DNA of 64,000 nt from a virus. The stretch covers positions 17,433 to 81,432 of IMG/VR virus record IMGVR_UViG_3300024255_000017; one strand, written 5' to 3'. The position numbers were made by a program, and so were the translations under genes. A model generated the notes under the pieces. It worked only from the letters and a program-made list of their open reading frames with translations. It searched no databases and was not told where the DNA came from. Below, piece after piece: positions 10,808 to 19,435 of the stretch (position 1 is the first letter of the stretch; the number at the start of each line of letters is the position of its first letter).

Positions 10808-10821
10808 TATAATTATTAAAT

Positions 10822-11373
10822 ATGAATGTAAAATCATTAACTTTAAAAAATAAATTAACATTAGATAGAACAGGTGAAGGTTATTGGGACCTTACTGCGC
10901 CTTCGTTTATTTATGATGCTGATCTTGGTGTTAGGGCATTGCATTATGTTACACAAGATCAGATAGGTAGAATAGATAAGATATCAGAGGTGTATTTTGG
11001 TAGTGGTGAATTTATAGATGCTATCTGTGTAGTTAATAATATCTTTAATCCTTTTAGTGTTAATGAAGGTGATGTTTTAATAATACCTAATTTAAAGAGA
11101 AAGGATATAGTTTATAAGAAACCTAACCCAGCAGTAACTCCGTCCGCGCCACAACAGGCTTATGTAGATACAGGCAGACAGAGTGAAAAGGATCAAGGAA
11201 GAATGCAAAGATTAATAGAAAAGGCAAAGAGTAGTGAAGCTGGCGTAAAACAACCAATGCCACCTAATATGCTACAGCCAGGCCAAGAATCAAAAACCTA
11301 TAGCGGTGGTAAAATACAACTAGGAACTAATTTAAAAAGTAAAAGTACTTTAAAGAAATCACAAACTAATTAA
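10822..11373 (+). CDS. Baseplate wedge protein, LysM-like (T4 gp53-like)
   Basis: HYVTQDQIGRIDKISEVYFG...NNIFNPFSVNEGDVLIIP. Confidence 0.7.
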   Translation: MNVKSLTLKNKLTLDRTGEGYWDLTAPSFIYDADLGVRALHYVTQDQIGRIDKISEVYFGSGEFIDAICVVNNIFNPFSVNEGDVLIIPNLKRKDIVYKKPNPAVTPSAPQQAYVDTGRQSEKDQGRMQRLIEKAKSSEAGVKQPMPPNMLQPGQESKTYSGGKIQLGTNLKSKSTLKKSQTN

Positions 11374-11375
11374 AT

Positions 11376-12875
11376 ATGTCTGCAGTAGAAAGAAATATAT
11401 TAACTGTGGTAGAACCTACCATTGTACTTGATGAATTAGAAATGACTGATGTTGAGAGTGGTACTGAAAACTCGGATGGTGAAACTATGAAAGAAAAACC
11501 ATCAAAGTTTTCTACGATGATACCGCTTATTAAGATTAACAATTATGAAGTACAGGGTGATAGATTGGAAATGTTTGAGCTTGAGTGTACAGGATTTTAT
11601 CCTACATGTAGATTTAGTTTCTTTGATAGGGATGGTATGTTTACTGCTAGATTTTTTCCTAAAGATGGAGACTTAATTCAGTTATACATTAGATCACAAG
11701 GTGATGAAACTACATTTAAGCCAATAAGAATTGATTTTACTATTGAAAATATTAAACCGCTAGGTGGTGGTGGTGCAACAAATACCTCATCACAATTAAT
11801 GGTTGAAGGCAGAATGAATGTACCTAACTTATTTACAGAGAAGGTACAGTTTCAGGATAACACAAGTTGGAATTCTTTACTTGCAATAGCAGAAGGATTA
11901 AAATTAGGGTATGCTTCAAATGTAGAAGATACTGCAGATCAGCAAGTTTGGACTAACCCATACGATACTTCTGAAAAATTCATACAAGATATTACTTCAA
12001 ATTCATACTTAAATGATGAGTCATTTTTTACTGCTTACATTGATCCTTACTATTACTTAACCTTTGTTGATGCTAATAAATTTTTTGGACAAGACGGTGA
12101 TTTAGAAGTTAGTCAAATGTTTCAGCAGAATGCAATGGATACTATGGGTAGTGGAGATCAAGCTGAAACTGATAATGAGTTTCCAAATATGCTAAGTAAT
12201 CAGTTAGATTTTCAAGGAACTGCCAGATACATATCTAAATATCAACAAGTAAATAATAGTGGTAAGATTAGTAAAAATAATGGCTATAAAAGATTTACAC
12301 AATATTGGGACTTAAATGCAAAAGAATTTGTAAGTGAATTTGTAGATCCCTTAACTACTGATACAGAAGGAATGGTACCAGTCACTAAAGGTAGAGTAAC
12401 ACCAGAAGGTGAAGTAGAAGGTCCTAGAGAAGAACAAGTTAAGTTTAAATTTTTAGGTACACAAGGGGATAATGTACACGAGAATTATTATTATGCATCT
12501 ATACAAAATTTTCAAAACCTCGCAGAAATTAATAAGCTAGGTATGACTATTGAATTAGATACAGTTAATCCTGCTATATTAAGGTATAGTAGAATTTATT
12601 GTCATATGATGGAAACTGCTCAGATGGTAAAGGGTGTTTTAACTGCTACTGAAAATGATGAGAATGCACCAACTGATACACAAAGAAGAAAGGAGACACC
12701 TGATAATGCAGGTAGTGATACTTCAAATGAATTTGGGGTTATTAACGAATACCTTTCTGGTTTTTATGTTATCACAGGTATAGAATATTTTATGACAAAA
12801 GGTCCTCAGGCAGGTGGAGCAGGAATGAGACAGAGATTACATTTACGTAGAAGAGAGGTTACTCCTACAACATAA
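11376..12875 (+). CDS. Putative baseplate hub protein (gp27-like)
   Basis: Size, position between LysM protein and spike, C-terminal LSGFYVITGIEY...QRLHLRRRE. Confidence 0.55.
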   Translation: MSAVERNILTVVEPTIVLDELEMTDVESGTENSDGETMKEKPSKFSTMIPLIKINNYEVQGDRLEMFELECTGFYPTCRFSFFDRDGMFTARFFPKDGDLIQLYIRSQGDETTFKPIRIDFTIENIKPLGGGGATNTSSQLMVEGRMNVPNLFTEKVQFQDNTSWNSLLAIAEGLKLGYASNVEDTADQQVWTNPYDTSEKFIQDITSNSYLNDESFFTAYIDPYYYLTFVDANKFFGQDGDLEVSQMFQQNAMDTMGSGDQAETDNEFPNMLSNQLDFQGTARYISKYQQVNNSGKISKNNGYKRFTQYWDLNAKEFVSEFVDPLTTDTEGMVPVTKGRVTPEGEVEGPREEQVKFKFLGTQGDNVHENYYYASIQNFQNLAEINKLGMTIELDTVNPAILRYSRIYCHMMETAQMVKGVLTATENDENAPTDTQRRKETPDNAGSDTSNEFGVINEYLSGFYVITGIEYFMTKGPQAGGAGMRQRLHLRRREVTPTT

Positions 12876-12897
12876 AGAATAAATAAAAAAAATTTAT

Positions 12898-14289
12898 ATG
12901 CCTAAACTCGAGTTATATAATCCGTTAGACCCTAAGGGAGTTCCTGAAGATTACCTAAATGCTGATAAGCTAGGTAATTTGACAGGTCAGTTTCCAAGTT
13001 CTTATGATTTTGCAAAATCATTTGTCACACCAAGCTTTAGCGCGCTAGGTGGAGGGAATGGTGTTACTGCTTTAGACGATCCAACTTATTTAGGATTTAA
13101 TATTAGATTTGATATTATGAGTCCTTTATTTAATGGGGGAACAACAGGTGCACCACAGCAACCTAGACCAGGTGGTAGTGATGCTGTTGCAGCTGAGCCT
13201 AATACTCATTCAGGTACGCCTACTCATCCAGGTGGAGAATCTGCTGTTGGGTATTTAGAATCTATTGGGCAAACCACTAGAGCTAGTTATTTGAAAGCAT
13301 TCATTCAAGGCATAAGAGAAATAGAAATAAAAAGACCTTATTATTTTCAGACCATCGAAGGTGTAACGGAAGCATACAATAAAACAATGGATATGACTCC
13401 TTATGGTGGATCTGCCGAAGGTGAAGGTATTACCGTAGGATTATTAGAAGCTATTGATTTAAAAATGTCTGCATTATTTAGTTTATATAAAGCTGCGTGT
13501 TATGATGTTAAGTATAGAAGAAACATTATTCCAATTAATTTAAGATATTTTAATTGTTATGTTGATATACTAGAAATTAGAAAATTTAAATCTGTTGCAA
13601 AAGCGACAACTGCAGGTAATCCTAACTCACCAGAAAATGACATAACCAGGCTAGTAAACAACAATACCTCGACTATTACATTTAGATTTGAGGAATGTAT
13701 TTTTGATCCTACTGCAAGTGGCCAGGTATTTGCAAATGTTGCAAACGATGGAAGTAGTTCATGGGCAACATCACAAATGAAATGGAGTTATGGAAGATGT
13801 GAAATGGAATCTCAATTTTCTGGATATGATTCAGCTATAAAAGATCAAGCTAGATTACAACCATCTTCGATAAATGGTGAAACTAATTTACAGAATAGGA
13901 TATTAGATAAACAGACATTTAGTGAACAGCTTGCAGGTAAGGCTGATGCATTTAAAGATGGCCTTGTAAAAGGGGCTACTAATCTTGCGGAGAGAACTAT
14001 TAACTCCTTTACACAAGGTTTGGTATTTGGTAATGTATTTGGTATAAGAAATAATTTAGTAGGAGCTATTAATAATCCACAAGGTTTAATTAATTCTTTA
14101 GCTGGTGCAGCAGTACAGGAATTGGCAGGTAACGCGGCTCGAGGTATAAATCAAAGTATAGATGATAATATATTTTCTGGTCAAATACCTTCTGCTAGTG
14201 GAGATAATTTAAGTGGAACAGAAAACATATTTGGGCCTGGACCATCAGGACCAGGTGGTAATTTTAGTGGTGGTAATATTTTTGAATAA
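12898..14289 (+). CDS. Putative tail-tube-fold baseplate protein
   Basis: 463 aa, DDPTYLGF, context between hub and spike. Confidence 0.4.
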   Translation: MPKLELYNPLDPKGVPEDYLNADKLGNLTGQFPSSYDFAKSFVTPSFSALGGGNGVTALDDPTYLGFNIRFDIMSPLFNGGTTGAPQQPRPGGSDAVAAEPNTHSGTPTHPGGESAVGYLESIGQTTRASYLKAFIQGIREIEIKRPYYFQTIEGVTEAYNKTMDMTPYGGSAEGEGITVGLLEAIDLKMSALFSLYKAACYDVKYRRNIIPINLRYFNCYVDILEIRKFKSVAKATTAGNPNSPENDITRLVNNNTSTITFRFEECIFDPTASGQVFANVANDGSSSWATSQMKWSYGRCEMESQFSGYDSAIKDQARLQPSSINGETNLQNRILDKQTFSEQLAGKADAFKDGLVKGATNLAERTINSFTQGLVFGNVFGIRNNLVGAINNPQGLINSLAGAAVQELAGNAARGINQSIDDNIFSGQIPSASGDNLSGTENIFGPGPSGPGGNFSGGNIFE

Positions 14290-15203
14290 TGGGAAAACTA
14301 ACAACAAAAGATTTAAAAGATGATAATCTTAAAGGTACTCAATGGATAGGAATTGTTGAAGATACCGAGGATGATTTATTTGAAGGTAGATGTAGAGTTA
14401 GAGTCTACGGAAAAATGGATCAAAGAGAAGATCCTGAAGATCCTGCAAGTGCATACCTTATGCCTACTGAATCTTTGCCGTGGTCAAGACCATCGGTATC
14501 ATCTTCAGGCGGAAGCAATACTGGGAGCGGTACATTTTCAGTACCTAAACTTGGTACTATATTAAGAATGAGTTTTGATAATGGTAATTATTATTCACCA
14601 GTATACCACGAATCTCTATACCCTTCTGATGAGACTAAGGCGGAGATAGAAGCAGCGTACCCTAATTCACATGTATTAATATATGATACAGCATTTGGGT
14701 TATCTGGTGATCTACAATCCGGTAGTGCAGAGGTAACAAACGAAAGGGAAGGTGAACATATTAAAGTTTTCTTTACAGAGGAAAAAGGTTTAATGATGGA
14801 CTATACTACAACCGAAGGACCAACCACGGTTAATATAAAGCCTGATAACTCAGTTGAAATAATAAATGCAAACGGAGATTCTATTGTAATGCTTAATGAT
14901 GGTAATATAACATTTACACATTCTGCTCAGTTTACAATTAATAGTGGAGCTGACACTGTAATTAACGCTACAACAGATACACTTATTAACTGTGTTAATG
15001 CAGTAGTAACTGCAACAGGTGAAACACATATTAATTCACCAAGAATTAAATTAGGAGAAGCGGCTGCTGAGGCTGTTATTAAAGGTGATACATTTGCAGG
15101 TATATTTGATTCACATTATCATATTGGTAATTTAGGTGCTCCTACTAGCCCACCTAATAAAGTAACCGCGCCTGCTTTAAGTAAGAAGAATACAACCGAC
15201 TAA
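14289..15203 (+). CDS. Baseplate central spike (gp5/gpV-like OB fold plus beta helix, no lysozyme domain)
   Basis: WIGIVEDTEDDLFEGRCRVRVYG, LPWSRP, SVPKLGT; C-terminal HYH metal-binding apex motif. Confidence 0.85.
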   Translation: MGKLTTKDLKDDNLKGTQWIGIVEDTEDDLFEGRCRVRVYGKMDQREDPEDPASAYLMPTESLPWSRPSVSSSGGSNTGSGTFSVPKLGTILRMSFDNGNYYSPVYHESLYPSDETKAEIEAAYPNSHVLIYDTAFGLSGDLQSGSAEVTNEREGEHIKVFFTEEKGLMMDYTTTEGPTTVNIKPDNSVEIINANGDSIVMLNDGNITFTHSAQFTINSGADTVINATTDTLINCVNAVVTATGETHINSPRIKLGEAAAEAVIKGDTFAGIFDSHYHIGNLGAPTSPPNKVTAPALSKKNTTD

Positions 15204-15232
15204 TATATAAACTATAAATAAAACAATAAATT

Positions 15233-15526
15233 ATGCCTTTAGTACCACCAGTAATTATATCAGGAATGGATGCTGCCTTTGTTGCAGGGATGAATGCCAT
15301 GAACGCATTTTCAACCGGAGCGGAGGGTACTCAGCAAAATGATCCAGGCGCTGTGATTGCTGCCGGGGCTGCTGCCTTTGCTGCTGTAGCTGGACCATCA
15401 ATAGATGCTTACATAAGATCACAAGTTATAATTTTGCCACCTGGGCAAGCCGTTGCAACCGCAGGATCACCTGCAGCACAGGTTGGGGCAACAACTGCAC
15501 CTTCACCACCAGCTATTATTGCATAA
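15233..15526 (+). CDS. Small Ala/Pro/Gly-rich spike-associated protein
   Basis: 97 aa directly after the spike; TATAAATA at 15213-15220. Confidence 0.6.
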   Translation: MPLVPPVIISGMDAAFVAGMNAMNAFSTGAEGTQQNDPGAVIAAGAAAFAAVAGPSIDAYIRSQVIILPPGQAVATAGSPAAQVGATTAPSPPAIIA

Positions 15527-15528
15527 TC

Positions 15529-15584
15529 TTAAACTATTAGATATTCTAAGGTATAATAATTAAATCTAAGACAGGTAATATATA
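15529..15584 (+). promoter_or_regulatory. Tandem putative promoters before the S1 gene: TTAAAC-N16-GTATAAT and late-type TAATATATA (15576-84)
   Basis: Both motifs recur elsewhere in intergenic positions. Confidence 0.5.
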
Positions 15585-15613
15585 ATCTATAATAACACTT
15601 TAATAAAAAAATA

Positions 15614-16786
15614 ATGATTGAACAAGAAATCACAGTTATGAATGGTGATGATCCATTTGATACTACAACGATAAAAGTAATGGTTCCTAAAGGTACTAAA
15701 TTAATGAGTACTGAAGCTTATGCTGCTGATGTAATGGCAATGTATGATTTATCAGAGATTGATGAAAAGAGGCTAAGGATGTCCGAGGAGAGTACCAATT
15801 ATATTACACAAGGTGAAATTGTTTATATTAAAACTGAGATTCAAAATATAGATGGTGAAGATACTGAAGTTAAAAAAGAAGCTCTAGTAGAAATATCAAG
15901 AAAGAATACAGCTATATGTAATCTTTTAAAAGAACCTAAAGAAATTGTTGACCAATTAGAAAAAGGTATGATTGTTGATATTAAAGTCAAAGATCATAAA
16001 CAAGGAACAATGTATGCTTCTATCGGTGATGCAATGGATGAAGTTAAACGTAATGAAATTTACAATGCCATTGGAAATAAGTCAATCGGTTTTACTGGTA
16101 AAGTTAAAGAATTAATCCATGGAGGATATTGGGTTGAAGTTGGTGGAGTTCAATGTTTTATGCCAGGTTCGTTAGGTGGATTAAATAAGCTACATAATTT
16201 TGAAGCTATAGTAGGAAAAGAATTAATCGTTATGCCTATTACATATTCAAATGAAAAACAAACCATTGTCGTTTCACATAGGGAGTATTTAAGAACTATG
16301 ATCCCAACAGCAGTAGAAAATCTTAGAGAAAATATTAAAGAACCTATTATAGGAATAGTAACCGGTACAACTAAGTTTGGTGTATTTGCTGAATTTAATG
16401 AATCCTTAACTGGACTTATACCTAAAAATGAATTGGATGAATCTACTTTACAATTATTCGATAATAGAAGTATAAAGCCAGGTGATGAGATTAATTTCTG
16501 GACAAAGGAAATTATTTCAGAAAGAAAAATTATTTTAAGCCAAGCCGGTCCTAAAATTGATTTATGGGATGGGGCTGATGAAAAATATAAACCTATGATG
16601 ATCACAGAAGGTAAAGTTACTAAGGTTACGAAGTATGGTGCATTTGTAGAATTGGAAAAAGGTATCAGTGGACTTATTCATAAAACTAAGCTAAAGGATA
16701 CTGAAGTTTCAAAAGGTGATGTTGTTAATGTTAAAATCGGCAGTGTTAATACTAGTGATCGTAAGATTACTATGAACTTAGTATAA
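15614..16786 (+). CDS. rpsA: Ribosomal protein bS1 homologue (four S1 domains)
   Basis: GKVKELIHGGYWVEVGGVQCFMPGS...IVVSHREYL (D2-like); GIVTGTTKFGVFAEF...GLIP (D3); EGKVTKVTKYGAFVELEKGISGLIH...RKITMNL (D4). Confidence 0.88.
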   Translation: MIEQEITVMNGDDPFDTTTIKVMVPKGTKLMSTEAYAADVMAMYDLSEIDEKRLRMSEESTNYITQGEIVYIKTEIQNIDGEDTEVKKEALVEISRKNTAICNLLKEPKEIVDQLEKGMIVDIKVKDHKQGTMYASIGDAMDEVKRNEIYNAIGNKSIGFTGKVKELIHGGYWVEVGGVQCFMPGSLGGLNKLHNFEAIVGKELIVMPITYSNEKQTIVVSHREYLRTMIPTAVENLRENIKEPIIGIVTGTTKFGVFAEFNESLTGLIPKNELDESTLQLFDNRSIKPGDEINFWTKEIISERKIILSQAGPKIDLWDGADEKYKPMMITEGKVTKVTKYGAFVELEKGISGLIHKTKLKDTEVSKGDVVNVKIGSVNTSDRKITMNLV

Positions 16787-16788
16787 CC

Positions 16789-16827
16789 TTTATCCTGGTT
16801 TGGAATATATAAACAAATCAGGATAAA
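16789..16827 (+). promoter_or_regulatory. 14-bp hairpin with putative late promoter in the loop, abutting ATG 16829
   Basis: tttatcctggtttg / gaatatataaa / caaatcaggataaa (one G-U pair). Confidence 0.7.
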
Positions 16828-16828
16828 T

Positions 16829-18127
16829 ATGTATTCTAACGAACAACTTAATGCTATACATTCTTCAAAGATAGGTTTTGAATTTGAGTTTTTTTCAAAT
16901 GAAAATTTAGACCTTACTAAAGAAGGCTTAGCACAAACCTTAAACAAGGCAATTAGAGTAGAAGAAAAAGCTCATAGTGACTTTACACCTACTCAAGATA
17001 TCTTTAAATTAGAACCAGATAATTCCGGTGGTACTGGAATGATTGAACTGGTAACCGGGCCTCTGCCTTTTGTTGAAGCTAAGATAATTATGGCTAAAAC
17101 TTTAAAATGGATTAGAGAAAATGGAAAGACTAATGAAAGATGTTCAATCCATGTTAATATTGCATTTGATGGAAAAAAGCTAGGACCTATTGTTAATATG
17201 TCTAAATTAGATGTAGGTAAATTTGTACTTAACTTTGATGAAAACAAAGTATATGAAGCCTTTCCAAATAGAAGAGATTCTGTTTATGCAAAATCTATAA
17301 AGTTTATTGTACCTCTAAGTGGTATGACCCAACCATCACCAGAAAAAAATCTTTGGAAAAACTATATGTTTGTCAAAGAGAAGTATTATGGTATTAATTT
17401 TGAAAAGTTACAAAAGGGTTATATTGAATTTAGGTATCTTGGTGGTGCCGATTATGAAAAGAGGTATTCTACAATACTTTCAATGACCGAACATTTTATT
17501 ACTTCATTGTATGAAACTTTGGTTAATCCACAATACAATGAATCTGACTTAAAAGTTTTAGATAAGATTTTAGAAAAACATAAAACTGTTGTTGAATCTT
17601 ACAGAACCTATTCTTCATTTAAAGAAAAATTTCCGAAAGTTCATTTAATGATTGATCTAAAAACGTATGATCAAATTGTTGAAATGTATTACCCTAAAAT
17701 TAGAGAAAAGATTTTTGATTTAATTACTAGGGCTGATATGAATGAAGGATTAATTAATTATGATAGTGATACTGGAAGAATACAGATTAAAGATGCTAAG
17801 CTAATGAGATGTTTTGAAATAAGCGGTGTTGATATTGTTGATTCAGTTATTCAAGGAAATATAGTTAATTGTGATATCTTTGGATGTGACCTTAAGAATT
17901 CATCAGTATTTGAATCTAACTTATTTGGCGCGACTGTAGCAGAAGACTGTAAAATAGAAGAATCGTATGTTAGTAGAAATGTAATAGTCGAGAAAAGTTA
18001 TGTATTTGGAAAAAGAGGAGTATTCAGCGGAGAAATGGTTGGAGGTATTTTTAGACAAGGTAGAGCAACCCCTCTTGCAAGATTTGGTGATAATACTGAA
18101 GTAATAGAAATAGAAAAAATTAAGTAA
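16829..18127 (+). CDS. Putative amidoligase (COOH-NH2 ligase, Amidoligase_2-like) with C-terminal beta-helix-like repeats
   Basis: IGFEFEF, IELVTGPL, TNERCSIHVNI, KYYGINF, IEFRYLGG. Confidence 0.8.
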   Translation: MYSNEQLNAIHSSKIGFEFEFFSNENLDLTKEGLAQTLNKAIRVEEKAHSDFTPTQDIFKLEPDNSGGTGMIELVTGPLPFVEAKIIMAKTLKWIRENGKTNERCSIHVNIAFDGKKLGPIVNMSKLDVGKFVLNFDENKVYEAFPNRRDSVYAKSIKFIVPLSGMTQPSPEKNLWKNYMFVKEKYYGINFEKLQKGYIEFRYLGGADYEKRYSTILSMTEHFITSLYETLVNPQYNESDLKVLDKILEKHKTVVESYRTYSSFKEKFPKVHLMIDLKTYDQIVEMYYPKIREKIFDLITRADMNEGLINYDSDTGRIQIKDAKLMRCFEISGVDIVDSVIQGNIVNCDIFGCDLKNSSVFESNLFGATVAEDCKIEESYVSRNVIVEKSYVFGKRGVFSGEMVGGIFRQGRATPLARFGDNTEVIEIEKIK

Positions 18128-18131
18128 GAAT

Positions 18132-18998
18132 ATGGCTAGGAATAAAAGCTGGTGTAACCCAGATAACCAAGAATGTTTAGACGCACTCATAAAGGAAATT
18201 AATGATGATTTAACTGTAGGTTGTCAAATACCTTTTACTGTGCCTAAGAAAGAGTTGGCTCATATTATAACTAGAGCTAAAGATTATTTTTATAAAATAT
18301 ATGAAGATAGTGTAGAAGAAATGTTTATTGCATTACCGAGATCTGCCTGGGGTGAAGCTGAGTTTAGACAAGGTATTAGTCATAACAGTACAACTGGAGC
18401 TAATCCTAATAAGTTAACAGAGAAGGATGTGAATAATCCTAGAGGTGTTGTAAAAATGCCTTCTACTGTTTGGGCAGTTAATAATGTATTCCAAATAAAT
18501 GGATTCTCTGGTGAGGATGGTGGATTTGGAGATAGTTCATTTTCCGCAGGTGATCCTGACTTTTCATTAGATAAATTTATATACTCTGATGTATATGGAG
18601 CTGGGATTGGTTCAGAGGATTTAATGTACTATGTAATTAATTCAAAATTTATAGATAATGCAAGGCAGGTTTTACAAGCTCAGATATCATATAACTATAA
18701 TAGGTTAACTAAGAAGTTTAGATTTATGGGGGAGTTACCTAAAAATGGCGCATGTATATTTCAGGTTTATAATACTATTCCTGATTGTGATCTTTTTCAA
18801 GATGAAGCATTTATAAGATACTGCTGTGGTATGGCTAAGATTCAATTAGCTAGAATCGTAGGAACCTTTCAATTTAACCTACCAGGTAATATTACTATTA
18901 ATTATGATTTAATTTCTGGTGAAGGGAGAGAAGAAGTTGATAGAATAGTAGAAGAGATAAAAGGTGATGAAGGCGTGGATTACTTTTTCACTGGATAA
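18132..18998 (+). CDS. Neck protein (T4 gp13-like)
   Basis: AKIQLARIVGTFQFNLPGNITINYDLISGEGREEVDRIVEEI resembles the gp13 C-terminus. Confidence 0.75.
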   Translation: MARNKSWCNPDNQECLDALIKEINDDLTVGCQIPFTVPKKELAHIITRAKDYFYKIYEDSVEEMFIALPRSAWGEAEFRQGISHNSTTGANPNKLTEKDVNNPRGVVKMPSTVWAVNNVFQINGFSGEDGGFGDSSFSAGDPDFSLDKFIYSDVYGAGIGSEDLMYYVINSKFIDNARQVLQAQISYNYNRLTKKFRFMGELPKNGACIFQVYNTIPDCDLFQDEAFIRYCCGMAKIQLARIVGTFQFNLPGNITINYDLISGEGREEVDRIVEEIKGDEGVDYFFTG

Positions 18999-19027
18999 AA
19001 TATAATCTAAGACCCTCAAAAAATGTA

Positions 19028-19054
19028 GAGAATATATAATAAAAGAATATTCTC
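19028..19054 (+). promoter_or_regulatory. Hairpin overlapping putative late promoter GAATATATA (19030-38) and the gp25 initiation region
   Basis: gagaatat(19028-35)/atattctc(19047-54) perfect 8-bp stem; ATG at 19056. Confidence 0.6.
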
Positions 19055-19055
19055 A

Positions 19056-19421
19056 ATGATAAAAGAAATATACAGTAGAGACATAGATGCACCGAAGTAC
19101 AATGATGATGTAATCGAGGTGACAGATCAATTACAACAGCTTATTCTTAAGATTGAGAATTGTTTGTTTACAAGACAAGGTGATGTTTTAGGTTCTCCTA
19201 ACATGGGATGTAATTTAGATGATCTTGTCTTTTCTTTGGTATTAAACGAATCGGTTATTTCCCAAAGGATTAGTAACCAAATTCAGTCATATTGCTTAAA
19301 CAGTAGTAGTTCTGCTTTTGGGTTAGATGTAAGAGTACAATTTTACAGCACAGTAGATAGAAACGGTTGTTTAGTTGATATTTATATAAATGAAGAGAGA
19401 GTCATTGGGGCTTTATTTTAA
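19056..19421 (+). CDS. Baseplate wedge subunit (gp25-like)
   Basis: LFTRQGDVLGSPNMGCNLDDLVF. Confidence 0.85.
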   Translation: MIKEIYSRDIDAPKYNDDVIEVTDQLQQLILKIENCLFTRQGDVLGSPNMGCNLDDLVFSLVLNESVISQRISNQIQSYCLNSSSSAFGLDVRVQFYSTVDRNGCLVDIYINEERVIGALF

Positions 19422-19435
19422 AAATAAAATAGTTA

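Noticed and set aside
15614-16786. rpsA and groES as signs of a bacterial chromosome or host contamination
   Set aside because: Both are divergent, sit between T4-like genes and share the phage promoter motifs and composition.
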